Source: Acidobacteriota bacterium
GTDB taxonomy: Bacteria; Acidobacteriota; UBA890; WLXD01
Assembly (NCBI GenBank): GCA_963666055.2
Contig: CAXWPH010000015.1
Span: forward strand, 992,001 to 1,056,000
DNA length: 64,000 bases
Reading direction: 5' to 3'
Shown here: positions 1-10,400 of the stretch, in pieces
Layout: each line of letters opens with the position of its first letter
How positions within the stretch are numbered: the first letter of the stretch is position 1
Notes under the pieces: model-generated
Seen by the model: only the letters and a program-made list of their open reading frames with translations
Databases searched by the model: none
What the model was told of the DNA's origin: nothing
Translations under genes and position numbers: made by a program

Positions 1-596
1 TTGCCGGGTGGATGCGCCCGCAGGGCGGGCTCACAGGCGCTGCGCATGTGGCGCCGTACGGCGGCGCGAGCAGGGTCGTTGCGGATGTCCAGCACTCGGC
101 AAAGTACGCGTCCGACGTTGCCATCGATTGACAGGTGCGGACGATCGAAAGCGATCGACGACACCGCTGCGGCGGTGTACTCGCCGATGCCCGGCAGCGC
201 CCGCAGCGCATCCACATCTTCGGGTAGCCTGTCTGATCCGTTGGCGATGACCTGACGCGCCAGCCGGTGCAGGTTGCGCGCCCGACGGTAGTAGCCCAGA
301 CCCGACCACTCGGCGAGCACATCGTTCTCGGATGCCGCCGCCACGCTGCGCAGGTCGGGGAAGACGCGCAGGAAGCCCTCGTAGCGGTTGACCACCGTCT
401 CGACGCGTGTCTGCTGGAGCATTACTTCCGAGATCAGGATCCGATACGGGTTGCGGGTTCGCCGCCAGGGAAGGTCGCGCGCCTCCGCCTCGTACCAGCG
501 CAGGAGCGCGGCCACGGCGGCGGGCTCGATGGTGCGATCGACGCGCTCCTCCGAAGTGGGGTTTGCCGGAACCTCTTCAGTCGATCTTGCCGGCAT
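1..596 (-). CDS. mutY: A/G-specific adenine glycosylase (runs off window start)
   Basis: Manual translation from ATG at 596: WYEAEARDLPWRRTRNPYRILISEVMLQQTRVETV...WSGLGYYRRARNLH...LPGIGEYTAAAVSSIAF...DGNVGRV. These are MutY HhH-GPD motifs. Absent from the ORF track because the stop is outside the window. Confidence 0.95.
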   Translation of the reverse strand, partial: MPARSTEEVPANPTSEERVDRTIEPAAVAALLRWYEAEARDLPWRRTRNPYRILISEVMLQQTRVETVVNRYEGFLRVFPDLRSVAAASENDVLAEWSGLGYYRRARNLHRLARQVIANGSDRLPEDVDALRALPGIGEYTAAAVSSIAFDRPHLSIDGNVGRVLCRVLDIRNDPARAAVRRHMRSACEPALRAHPPG

Positions 597-1401
597 CGCG
601 AAGCAGCCCCATCACCAAGTTGCGCCCGGTCCACTCGTTGCCGCTCAAGAGCCGGTTGAAGCCATCGCCGATGCCCAGTGCCACGGCGATCTCGCGCATC
701 GAGCGACCCTCCTCGAAGTGCACCACGGCACGGTGGCGAAGCCCCAACAGGTTGTCGAGCCGCCGGCCTAGCCGGTGCTGATGGCTGGCAAAACGCCCGT
801 TGTGTTGGCAGAACAGTACGCAATCGGGAACGGCCAGTATCTGCCGCAATGAGGCGATCGTCTGGCCGATGTTCTCGAAGTCGAACGCCCGGCGCGGTTG
901 TTCGGCGATGAACAGATCGCCGGAAAACAACCACTCCTGCTCGGGCTCGTGCAGCACGACGTGATCGGGGGCGTGGCCCGGCGTATGAAGCACCTGGAAG
1001 GTGTGATTGTCGGTATGCAGCTGTTCGCCCAGCGGCTCGACGTCGACCGGTTCTGGCGATCCCCAGACGACGCGCCGATAGAAGGGCAACGGCGGCGCGG
1101 CACGGACCAGCTCCATGCCGAGTGGATGAATGCTCGGCTTGGTGTCCGTGTATTGCGCTGCGACGGCGGCATTGCCAACGTGATCCTCGTGGTGATGGGT
1201 GAGGACGATGCGGCTCACCTTCTCCCGCTGGAGAATCTCCTCGAAAGCCCTGCGGCAGCTTCGCGGGCCAGTGTCGATCATCAACCCATCGACGACATAA
1301 ACCGCCACGCCCATGATGCGTCGTCCCGCCAGATACCGGGTCATCCGGTAGTGACGCACCGGGCCGTGGTCTTCGCAGCGCAGACCCTTGCTCATTCGCA
1401 C
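577..1401 (-). CDS. MBL-fold metallo-hydrolase
   Basis: IDTG, THHHEDHVG (HxHxDH), HTPGHAPDH and LFSGD motifs. Confidence 0.9.
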   Translation of the reverse strand: MRMSKGLRCEDHGPVRHYRMTRYLAGRRIMGVAVYVVDGLMIDTGPRSCRRAFEEILQREKVSRIVLTHHHEDHVGNAAVAAQYTDTKPSIHPLGMELVRAAPPLPFYRRVVWGSPEPVDVEPLGEQLHTDNHTFQVLHTPGHAPDHVVLHEPEQEWLFSGDLFIAEQPRRAFDFENIGQTIASLRQILAVPDCVLFCQHNGRFASHQHRLGRRLDNLLGLRHRAVVHFEEGRSMREIAVALGIGDGFNRLLSGNEWTGRNLVMGLLRDAGKID

Positions 1402-2144
1402 GTTGGCTCGGCCGCCAAGCGCCTTTCGAGCTCTTCGAGCCGCTCACGAAGCTGCCGACGCATCTCGGCCGCATACGGGTTCACGGTCTCGATGGCGGCG
1501 AACAGCTCCCACGAGTCGGCCTCGACAATGCGCTCGACCTCGCGCAGGAGAGCCGCGGCCGGCGTGCGAATATCGAGCTCGCGGCCCTCGACCCGGCGCA
1601 GGGCCCGGCCGAGGTATTGGGCGAGTGCCTGGGTATGCGCACATTCACGATCATGGCGGTCGGGGTCGGCTACGATCACCCTCAGCCCGAGGCTCTCCAG
1701 GAACGTCTGCACGGAATCCAGACGCGTCGTGCGCTCCGGGCAGATGACGATCTGCTGGCCCTCGAGCGAGTCGCCGCCGCTGTGGGGTCCGAACATCGGG
1801 TGCGTGCCGATGATCTCAACGTGCTCGGGCAGCGCCTCGCGCATCCAGCGCATTGGTGCTGCCTTGACCGAGCAAACATCGACGATGAGCGCCCCGGCGC
1901 AGACGCTCCCGGCCACCTTTCGAAGGGTCGCCTGCAACGCCTGGATGGGCACTGCCAGGACGACGATCTCGCAGGCTGCCGCCTCTTCGAGCATGACGCT
2001 GCGAACGCCGAGCTCGCCGGCGCTCGCCTCGACGTCGGCAGTGTCGTGTACGACGACCTCGAAGTGGGACGTCAGGAACGGTACGGCGTACCGACCGAAC
2101 TGTCCGAACCCGAGGAGGCCGAGGCGCTTGTTTGCGGGCATCAA
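1392..2144 (-). CDS. tyrA: Prephenate/arogenate dehydrogenase
   Basis: GLLGFGQFG Rossmann motif, DVCSVK, GTHPMFGP, HDRECAHTQ. Confidence 0.85.
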   Translation of the reverse strand: MMPANKRLGLLGFGQFGRYAVPFLTSHFEVVVHDTADVEASAGELGVRSVMLEEAAACEIVVLAVPIQALQATLRKVAGSVCAGALIVDVCSVKAAPMRWMREALPEHVEIIGTHPMFGPHSGGDSLEGQQIVICPERTTRLDSVQTFLESLGLRVIVADPDRHDRECAHTQALAQYLGRALRRVEGRELDIRTPAAALLREVERIVEADSWELFAAIETVNPYAAEMRRQLRERLEELERRLAAEPTCE

Positions 2145-2335
2145 TCGCTCCTGCCCTCCGGGTGGCGGCCGAACCGGCCGCTTTGGGCGTCGCGGCTCCA
2201 GCCTGTCCCGGTGAGCGGAGGGTCTCCGATGCGGCGAAACGGCGCGGGCGCGCGTGGCGAAGCGAGACTACACCATGCGGTTGGCGCGTTGTGCGCGGCT
2301 CACGTCTGGACATGGGCGGATAATCCCACCAGGCT

Positions 2336-2695
2336 GTGAGCATGGAACTGGACGAGATACACGAGCTGCTGCTGGCCCAACGCGGCGCTACCGATGACAT
2401 GCCGTTTGGGCCCGACACCGCCGTCTACCGGGTGGGCAACAAGATGTTCGCGCTCATCGCGCTCGAGCGGATGCCGCCGCAGGTGAACCTGAAGTGCGAC
2501 CCGGAGCGCGCCATGGAGCTCCGAGAGCGCTATCCCGACGGTGTCTTGCCCGGCTATCACATGAGCAAGAAACACTGGAACACGGTGCTGATCGACGGTA
2601 CGGTGCCGCGCGCGTTGCTCGTCGAGTTGGTGGAGCATTCCTGGCAGCTGGTGTTCGATGGTCTCACGCAGGCGGCGCGGGCGGCGGTCGAGTAG
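2336..2695 (+). CDS. MmcQ/YjbR family DNA-binding protein
   Basis: PFGPDTAVYRVGNKMFAL, NLKCDPE and PGYHMSKKHWNTV family motifs. Confidence 0.92.
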   Translation: MSMELDEIHELLLAQRGATDDMPFGPDTAVYRVGNKMFALIALERMPPQVNLKCDPERAMELRERYPDGVLPGYHMSKKHWNTVLIDGTVPRALLVELVEHSWQLVFDGLTQAARAAVE

Positions 2696-2738
2696 CTCGG
2701 CCCGAGCCAGTGGCGCGTCCGCTCGAGCCCGAGCAGCC

Positions 2739-4265
2739 CTATCGAGCCTGGTGCCGTAGTCCCCGTCCCGGGCGTACGCCGGTCGGTTGTCCTTCGGCCC
2801 ACACCCTTTGGCCCGCCACCCAAGTTGCGTGCACGCCCGTGGCTGACCGAAGGGGATCGGTGAAGGTGCTGTGGTCCGTAATGGTGGCGGCGTCGAATGC
2901 CACCAGGTCGGCCATGGCTCCTGGTCGGATGACGCCACGGTCGTTGAGGCCAAGGCGCTGCGCCGGCATCCTGGTGGCCCGCTCCACCGCACGCTCGAGC
3001 GACAGCAGCTCGCGCTCGCGCAGGTAGTGCCCGAGAATACGAGCAAAGGCACCTGCGCCGCGCGGATGGCCGCTGCCGACGCCGCCATCGCTGGCGGTCA
3101 TCACCAGCGGCGAGGTCATGAAGGTGTCGACATCCTCCTGGCTCATGGTGTGGCCGATGATGCCTGAGCCGCCGTTGGCCATCATTTCCATGTACATCTC
3201 GACCTCGCTCTTGCCGGCGCGGGCGGCGACCTCGCTCAGCCTCATGCCGTGAGCCGCGGGGTCCGCGTCGTAGCCGACGATCTGCAAACGCGAACCGCCG
3301 CCGACGGCCGCGAGGCCCTCCGCCACCGCGACCGGATCGTCGAAGCGTCGTGAGGGCACGATGATCCCGAGTCCCGACTGCCAGGCGGTGTAGGGGTACT
3401 GATCGGCGGTCACGTCGAGCCCCGCGACGCGAGCCGCTGCGAGCCGCCCCAGAACCGCACGCGCCTGGCCCCACACCGCGGCGTTGCCGGTCTTGATGTG
3501 AGAGATCTGTACCGGCAGCTTGCCCTCGATGCCGATGCGCAGGGCCTCGTCGATCGCCTCGAGAAGGCCGTCCTCCTCGTCGCGAACGTGCGACATGTAG
3601 AAACCGCCGAGCCCACCGGCGACGCTCGCCAGCTCGATCAGCTCTTCGGTGGTGGAGTAGTAACCGGGGTCGTATTCGAGGCCGCTCGAAAGGCCGAAGG
3701 CACCCTCCATCATCCCCTGCCGTACCCGGAGCGCCATCTCACTGACTTCGCTGGCGCTGGCGGTGCGTCGATAATCGTCCTCCAGCACGGCGCGTCGAAC
3801 GGTACCGTGACCCACGAGCGTGCCGACGTTCAGCGCTGTCGAGAGCGCGTCGATGCCGTCGAGATACTCCCCGATGGGCCACGGGGAGGAGCCGTCGGCG
3901 CCCACCACGATCGTCGTTACCCCCTGGGCGATCTGCGTCGTCGCCAGCGGGTCGCCTTGCAACCTCTCGGTGGAGTGGTTGTGGATGTCGATGAACCCTG
4001 GTGCCAGGATGAGACCAGCGAGATCGATCACCGTCAGCGCTCCCTCCGAGTCCAAGGGGCGCAACGATCCGTTTGTGCCGACGGCGGCGATGCGGTCGCC
4101 CTCGAGCAGCACCTCGCCGCGGTACGCGACGGTACCCGTGCCGTCGACGATCGTGGCACCGACGAGCAGCTGTCGGCGCGGTTCCGACTGACCCGTCGTC
4201 GCGCCGGCGACCGTGGTCGCGATGAACAGCAGGAGTGCGAGGCCGATCACACGATGACGGTACAT
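2739..4265 (-). CDS. Secreted N-acyl-D-amino-acid deacylase (D-aminoacylase) family amidohydrolase
   Basis: Signal peptide; PGFIDIHNHS, GLSSGLEY, SHVRDE, ISHIK, ADQYPY, ASDG, HPRGAG motifs. Confidence 0.88.
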   Translation of the reverse strand: MYRHRVIGLALLLFIATTVAGATTGQSEPRRQLLVGATIVDGTGTVAYRGEVLLEGDRIAAVGTNGSLRPLDSEGALTVIDLAGLILAPGFIDIHNHSTERLQGDPLATTQIAQGVTTIVVGADGSSPWPIGEYLDGIDALSTALNVGTLVGHGTVRRAVLEDDYRRTASASEVSEMALRVRQGMMEGAFGLSSGLEYDPGYYSTTEELIELASVAGGLGGFYMSHVRDEEDGLLEAIDEALRIGIEGKLPVQISHIKTGNAAVWGQARAVLGRLAAARVAGLDVTADQYPYTAWQSGLGIIVPSRRFDDPVAVAEGLAAVGGGSRLQIVGYDADPAAHGMRLSEVAARAGKSEVEMYMEMMANGGSGIIGHTMSQEDVDTFMTSPLVMTASDGGVGSGHPRGAGAFARILGHYLRERELLSLERAVERATRMPAQRLGLNDRGVIRPGAMADLVAFDAATITDHSTFTDPLRSATGVHATWVAGQRVWAEGQPTGVRPGRGLRHQAR

Positions 4266-4320
4266 GGGTCCCCTCTGGTCGCTAGGCCTGCCAGGGCATC
4301 GTCAGGCCGCGTTGCATCTC

Positions 4321-4367
4321 CCAACTCGCCGCAACCAGGCCGCCACACTTCCACCACGGCCTGCTAG
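4321..4367 (+). repeat. Dispersed intergenic repeat, MITE-end-like (copy 1 of 4)
   Basis: CAACTCGCCGCAACCAGGCCGCCACACTTCCACCACGGCCTGCTAG; near-identical at 24550-24574, 30834-30880 and, reversed, 56028-56061. Confidence 0.8.
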
Positions 4368-4456
4368 TCGACTTCTGGCGTCTCGAATACCATGGATTCA
4401 TATCCGTAAGCCTTATTTCGTCTGTTTTTCTTTTATCTGTTTTTTTCTCATACGTC

Positions 4457-7400
4457 ATGACTACGCTGCCCGCCGACCGCTTCGATGTGATCGTCGTGGG
4501 GGCCGGCCCGGCGGGTGTCACCGCCGCGATGGCCCTCGGCAGGGCCGGATTCTCGGTGCTGGTCTGCGAAGCGGGGATCTTCCCGGGGGCCGAGAACTGG
4601 TCGGGCGCCGTCTACTTTTCGGAGAACCTCGAGCATCCGGACGCCTTCGGCCGCGACATCGTCGCGGCGGCGCCGTACGAGCGCCGACTCGTGGAGCGCG
4701 GCGCCTACCTGTACAACGGCCATAGCCTCCTCGGCGCCAGCCTTCGGTCGCCCGACGTTTTCCGCTCCTGCTACACGGTTCTGCGGCCCGTTTACGACCG
4801 GTATCTGGCGGAGGTAACACGCGAGCACGGCGTCATACTCGCCTGTGAGACTACCGTTCAGAGCCTCATCCGGCATCGCGGTCGCGTTATCGGTGTTCAC
4901 ACCGAGCGCGGTCCGGCGTATGCCGATGTGGTGTTTCTCGCGGAGGGCGACGCGTCGCATCTGGTCACCCAGGAAGGCTACGAGCGGGCCTCGGAAAGTG
5001 ATCGAGCCGAGGGAGGACCGCACTTCCTGCAGGGCGTCAAGGAGGTGATCTCGCTCCCGGAGGACGTGCTCGAGGAGCGCTTCGGCTTGGAGCCGGGCGA
5101 AGGCGTCGCCTTCGAGATGCTGCTCCGCAACGCTTCGCGTAAGGGGCGCACGGCGCGGCTCAACATGGGCGGCTTCGTATACACCAACCGCGACAGCTTG
5201 TCGTTGGGGTTCGTCTTGCCGCTCGACAACCTCCGGCAGCACTTCGAAGGTGACCACAACATCCTCATGGAGTGGTTCAAGGGCTTGCCTGAGATCGCCC
5301 GCATGATCGACGGCGGCGAGCTCACGTCGTACGGCGCCAAGATTATCCGCGGCGGCGGCCTGAAGGAAATTCCACGGCTGGTCGATGACGGCCTGGCGAT
5401 CGGCGGTGCCGCCAGCGGTATCGGCCTCGATTTTCCCTATCCGAATTTCACCGGGCCGGCGACGGCGATGGGGCTGTACTTCGCCGCTGCGGTGCGTCAG
5501 ATCGCCGCCGACTCGGGCGGCCTCGGGCGCGGCGGCGATTCGACGAGATCGCCGTTCACCGAGCGGGCGCTGCGCCAGACGTATCTCGAGGCGGTGAAGT
5601 CGAGTCATTACTACCGCGGCGTGCAGCACCTGCGCGACTGGCCGGCGTACATCGAGCGCACACAGTTCTTCTTCGAACAACAGCTCGATCTGGTCAACAA
5701 CACCGCCTACATCATGTCGCGTCCGGAGCTGGGTTCCTGGGAGCGCTACTGGAGCGTGGTGCGGCTCGTGCGCCGTGTCGCCAGGGGTCGCAAGGGCTCG
5801 ATCATGGCCGATTGCCGCGACCTCGCCGGCGCCGTTGGCCTGGGCATGCTCGTTCGTGCCGCGGCCACACCGGCCAACCTGCTGCGGGTGCTGTGCAACA
5901 CAGTCGGGGCCTTCCTGCCGCGCCGATCGGGTACGCGGGTTGGTCTTGCCGAGACCTCCGACTCCGCCGTCGCACCGGCAGCCGGGGCCGGGGTGGCGGA
6001 GGCACGGGCGCATGATGGTGCGCGGCTGCGGGCCCTGTATCGCGTGATGGCGGGAGGGGAACAGCCAGGCAGGGCTCCGTGGCTGTTCCGTTGGTACTGG
6101 CGACGTTTCGGCGGCGCCTTGGCGAGCGCCTTCAGCGACGTCTACACCAACGACGACACCGACGTGGCCGACAAGCTCCGGTCGGCGGCGCGGCATCTCG
6201 CCGGCTGCCTATCGATCTGGGATGTCGCCGTCGTCGCGGGCGCCGGTGCTGTCCTCATCGCAACCAGCTTGAAGCAGGCGGCCACCGAGTGGTTCCAGCA
6301 CTCGGTGCTGCGCTGGGAGCCGCGCCGCTTCGGCGAGCAGCTCACCAACCGGTTGCTGGCCGACAACCACGAGCGCATCCGCCTCGATGACGATCACGTT
6401 GCCATCACCACCACCTACGAGGCGAAGCTGGGCACGATCACGTACCAGGCCGGCCGCCATTCCCACATCAAGGTGATGTGGCCGGCGCAAATCGCCGACC
6501 GGAACAACCTGTCGTCGTCGGCGCTGTGGAACATCTGTCCGGCCAAGGTCTACGAGGTGCGGCGCAACTCGGCGGGCCAGCCCGGGGTGGTGGTCAACTA
6601 CGAAAACTGCATCAAATGCGAGAGTTGTTGGCGGGTGACGGGCGATGTGCACTGGAGCCGCGCCACCCAGCAGCGGCTCATCTATCAGACCTACACACCG
6701 GCGCAGCAGGAGCTCCACGCCTACCTCGTCGACCGGCCCGAGCCACAACCGCGTCTGGGATCACGACCGGGGTTCCTGCCGGCGCTGCTGGATAGCGTTC
6801 GGGATGCCGATGCGAGCGCCCCGCCGGGGCCATCCCACGCCGCCACGCGAGCCCGGCTGGAGCGCGCACGCGCGGCGCTGCGTTGCTATCGCGCCGATCT
6901 GGCGCGTTCTCCGTCGGCGTTGGAAGAGGGGCGTCGCGGCCATCTCCGTGCCCTCCTGGTGGCCGCCCGCGATGCCTTCATTGATGCCCGCCGCACCTGG
7001 GAGGCCGCGACGAGCGATGCGGGCAGCAGTGCCGCGACAAGGTTGCTGACACCCGTCTGGGACGACGCGGCGGAGCGTCTCGAGCAGATGCAACAGCATG
7101 CCGAGGCGCACAGGTTCTTCTGGGCCGATGTGCTCGCCCGCCAGCTCGAGGACCATCATTTCACCGCCATCTTGGCAGTCTGCGGCGCCGCTGCCGCGCG
7201 GGTCGACACCGATGTCGGTGTGAGCGACGACCTGTGCATCAAGCAGCAGCTCGAGGCGGTCGAGTGGCGGCGTCGGGAGGCGGAGCCGCGCAACTTCGAG
7301 GCCAGTCGCCGAGAGGTGCGCGAGGGCTGCAAGCGCTGGTTCGACAACCACGCGGTACGCGCCCTGGAGCGCGGGGAGCCGCTGTCGGCCGGACAGGCCG

Positions 7401-10400
7401 ATTGGCTGCGGGACCAGATTGCTGCCGCACGGCCGCGGCGGGACGGCTACGGGCTTCGGGAGGTGGTACTCGAAGAGCTGGCGGCGACTGACCCGGCGCT
7501 GGCGCTGATCGCGGCGTCGCATCTGCTCGCGGTCGACCTGTTGACGCAGGCCGGTACCCAGCATGCCGAGCTGCAGGAGGCACGCGTGGTTGCCGCGACC
7601 ATCCATGGTGGCCAGCGCGCCGCACGCTGCCTGCAAGGCGGCGGTTTCGAGATCGATGTCTGTGCCGACTTCGTTCCCACCGCGCTCGCGCAGCGCTATC
7701 TCGTAGTCGTCGGCAGCGACGGCTTCCTCATTGATGCCGATGATCCGCGGCTGGTGATCGAGGACGTCGGCAGCGTGGGCCTCATCGGCGCCCGCATCCG
7801 GCGCCCGCGCGGCGGCCACATCACGGTGCCCGCAGCGCGGCGCATCGACCTTTCGGGAGTGGTCGACGAGGTCGTGCTCGAGGCGCCGGCGGCCGGAGAG
7901 CCCTGGGCCGCGGTGCTCGGCGTGGCGCTGCCCGGCTACCTGGCGATGGTTCGCGGATCCGGAAGGTACCTGCTACAGCGTGCCCGCGAGCACGCCGCCG
8001 GGCGCCTGCAGTTCCCCGGTGCGTTCGAGGACGAGGCCGGCCGAGACACTATCGCCAAGTTTGGTGCCGTCAAGCAGATGCTGGCCGAGATGGAGGTGCA
8101 CCGCTACGTGCTCGAGTCGATAACGCTAACCAATCCGGGCGGCGGCGACGAGTGGACCGGGCAGGCTGCTAGCAAGGTGCTGGCCAGCCAGGCTTTCGGC
8201 CCGGGCGATCGCTCCTTCAGCTACAACACCGGTCAGATCTTCGGCGGCACCGCTTTTTCGGAAGACGACGACATCGCCAAGTACTACCGCGACAGCGCGC
8301 CGTGCCGATTTCTGCTCGGTCACGACGACGCGTTGCGCGTGCAGGTCGGGCGGCGCCGGCTAACCGCCGCCCGATCGGGTGGCGATCTGATCCCGTGCAG
8401 TGACGCCGAGCATCGGTGGGCGGCACGCGCCGCGGAGCATGCCTTGCTTGGCGAGCCGGCACGACGCTACCAGGCCGCGCGTCTGCAGACCGAGGAGTGG
8501 GCGAGCGGCCTTGGCCGTGCCGACGATGATCTGACCGCCTACGCTGCCGGCAACATCGTGATCGAGGTGCTTGCCGCCAGGAGCTTGCTGGTGCGGTCGA
8601 TGCGTCGGATTTACGCCGGCATACCGACCGAGGCGATGGTCGAGGCGACGCGGTTGGTTGTGGATCGGCTCGGCGCCGAGCTTCCCGCCTTGATCGAGGC
8701 GGCCGATCTGGCGCCGACGACGCTCATTGCAGGCGACGAGTTGCTCGAGAATGGCGATTTCGCGGCGGTGTCGATCCCGGATGCCGAGTCCTACGAGAGC
8801 GTCTACACCGCCGATCAGCCGCATGAATCTGGTGAGTGGCTTCGCGATGGCTTCGACCCCGCGTCGCCTCGCTGCGTGCCCGAGATACTGGCCCACGACC
8901 CGGCGCTGGCGCGTTATCGGAAGCAGCTAGAGACCGAGCTGCGCCAGCGTTTCGAGGTGCCGAGGTTCGACGGGCTGCCGTACGGGCGTTATCTCGAGAA
9001 GCTCCACATGATCCCCGACGAGGACCTTGACTACATGGTCAGGCGGGGCTTCATGCGCATGCCGATTGCCCGGCATCTCGGCGGTGAGGGAGCCTTGAAA
9101 GCGGAGTACTACATCCTCTCCATGCTCATCGGCCGCTACGGCGACGCGGCACTATCGTTGGCCATCATGGGCAACACGAGCATCGGTACGACGCCGGCGC
9201 TCATCGGCCTGTACCAGGATTTGCCACGCGCCCGCGCCGAGCTCGAGCGCGTGCGCCAGCATCCCGAGGTGCTCGGCGACATCCGTGACCGCATCGACGG
9301 CGTGCTGGCGATGTTGAGACGGCCGAACACGGAAGCGCTTGCTGCGGCGACCACCGAGATCGGTTCGCTGGTCAACAAGCGCGTCGCCAAGTCGATGGTG
9401 TTGAAGTCTCTCGGTGGCGGTTTCTTGCGGGCGTTCCAGGCTGCGGTACGGGCCGGCCAGCAACGCGATCTCGAGAGCTTCGGCACGCACCTGCGCGAGG
9501 CGCGCGAGCTCCTCGATGACGTCCTCGGTGCCGTCGAGGAGCGCCTCGCGGAGTACCCGCGCCGGCAGCGCGCCCACGAGCTCTTCCTGAAGACGATCTC
9601 CGCCGGCTACATCTCGGCGTTCGCGCTTACCGAGCCTACTGCCGGGTCCGATTCCGGAGGCGTGAAAACCATGGCGCGCGCCGCGCGGCGACGCCTACAC
9701 CGCGACGATGACGGGGTGCTGTGGTTCTGGCTGGACGAGGAAAACGAGCTCGAGCGACGCAACCTGCTCGACGCGGATCGGCTGGAACACGACTACGACG
9801 AACGCCGGTTGCTCTATCGCTTCGCAGACGATGCCGCGCCGGCGCACGTCGATCATTCCGAGTACGACTACGACAAGGACGCGCCGGAGCGAACACGCTT
9901 CTATATGCACGGTGCCCGTAAGGTGCAGTTCAGCGACATCGGCCAGCTGCGAACCGACGCCGCCGGTAACTCTTTCTACGAGTACTGGGTGCTCAACGGC
10001 GCCAAGATGTGGATTACGAACGGGCGCTTCTGTCATTGCATGGCGCTGTACGCACGCACCGAGCCGGAGGGCGTGACCGGGTTCATGGTCGACCGGCACG
10101 CCGAAGGGCTCGTCGTGGGAGCCGATGAGGAAAAGCTCGGGCAGCGTGGCTCGCCGACCAACGAGCTGTCACTCAACAACGTCCGTGTGCCGCACGAGGC
10201 GATCATCGGTTTCCGCGGCCGGGGTCAGGTCAACGCGCTCGAAACCCTGAACACCGGGCGTGCAGGATTGGCGGTGACCACCCATTCGACGATCGCGGAG
10301 CTCGCCGACGATGCGATTCCCTATCTGCGCGGCGAGGTCGCCCCCGGCTTCGAGTACTCACCGCGCGCCCCGGCTCGCCCGCTGGAGCGATACTGGATGG

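Noticed and set aside
4448-6196. 582-aa antisense ORF and similar long shadow ORFs (e.g. 898-2214, 23728-25146, 56038-57276)
   Set aside because: Expected in GC-rich DNA opposite real genes; no recognisable motifs.
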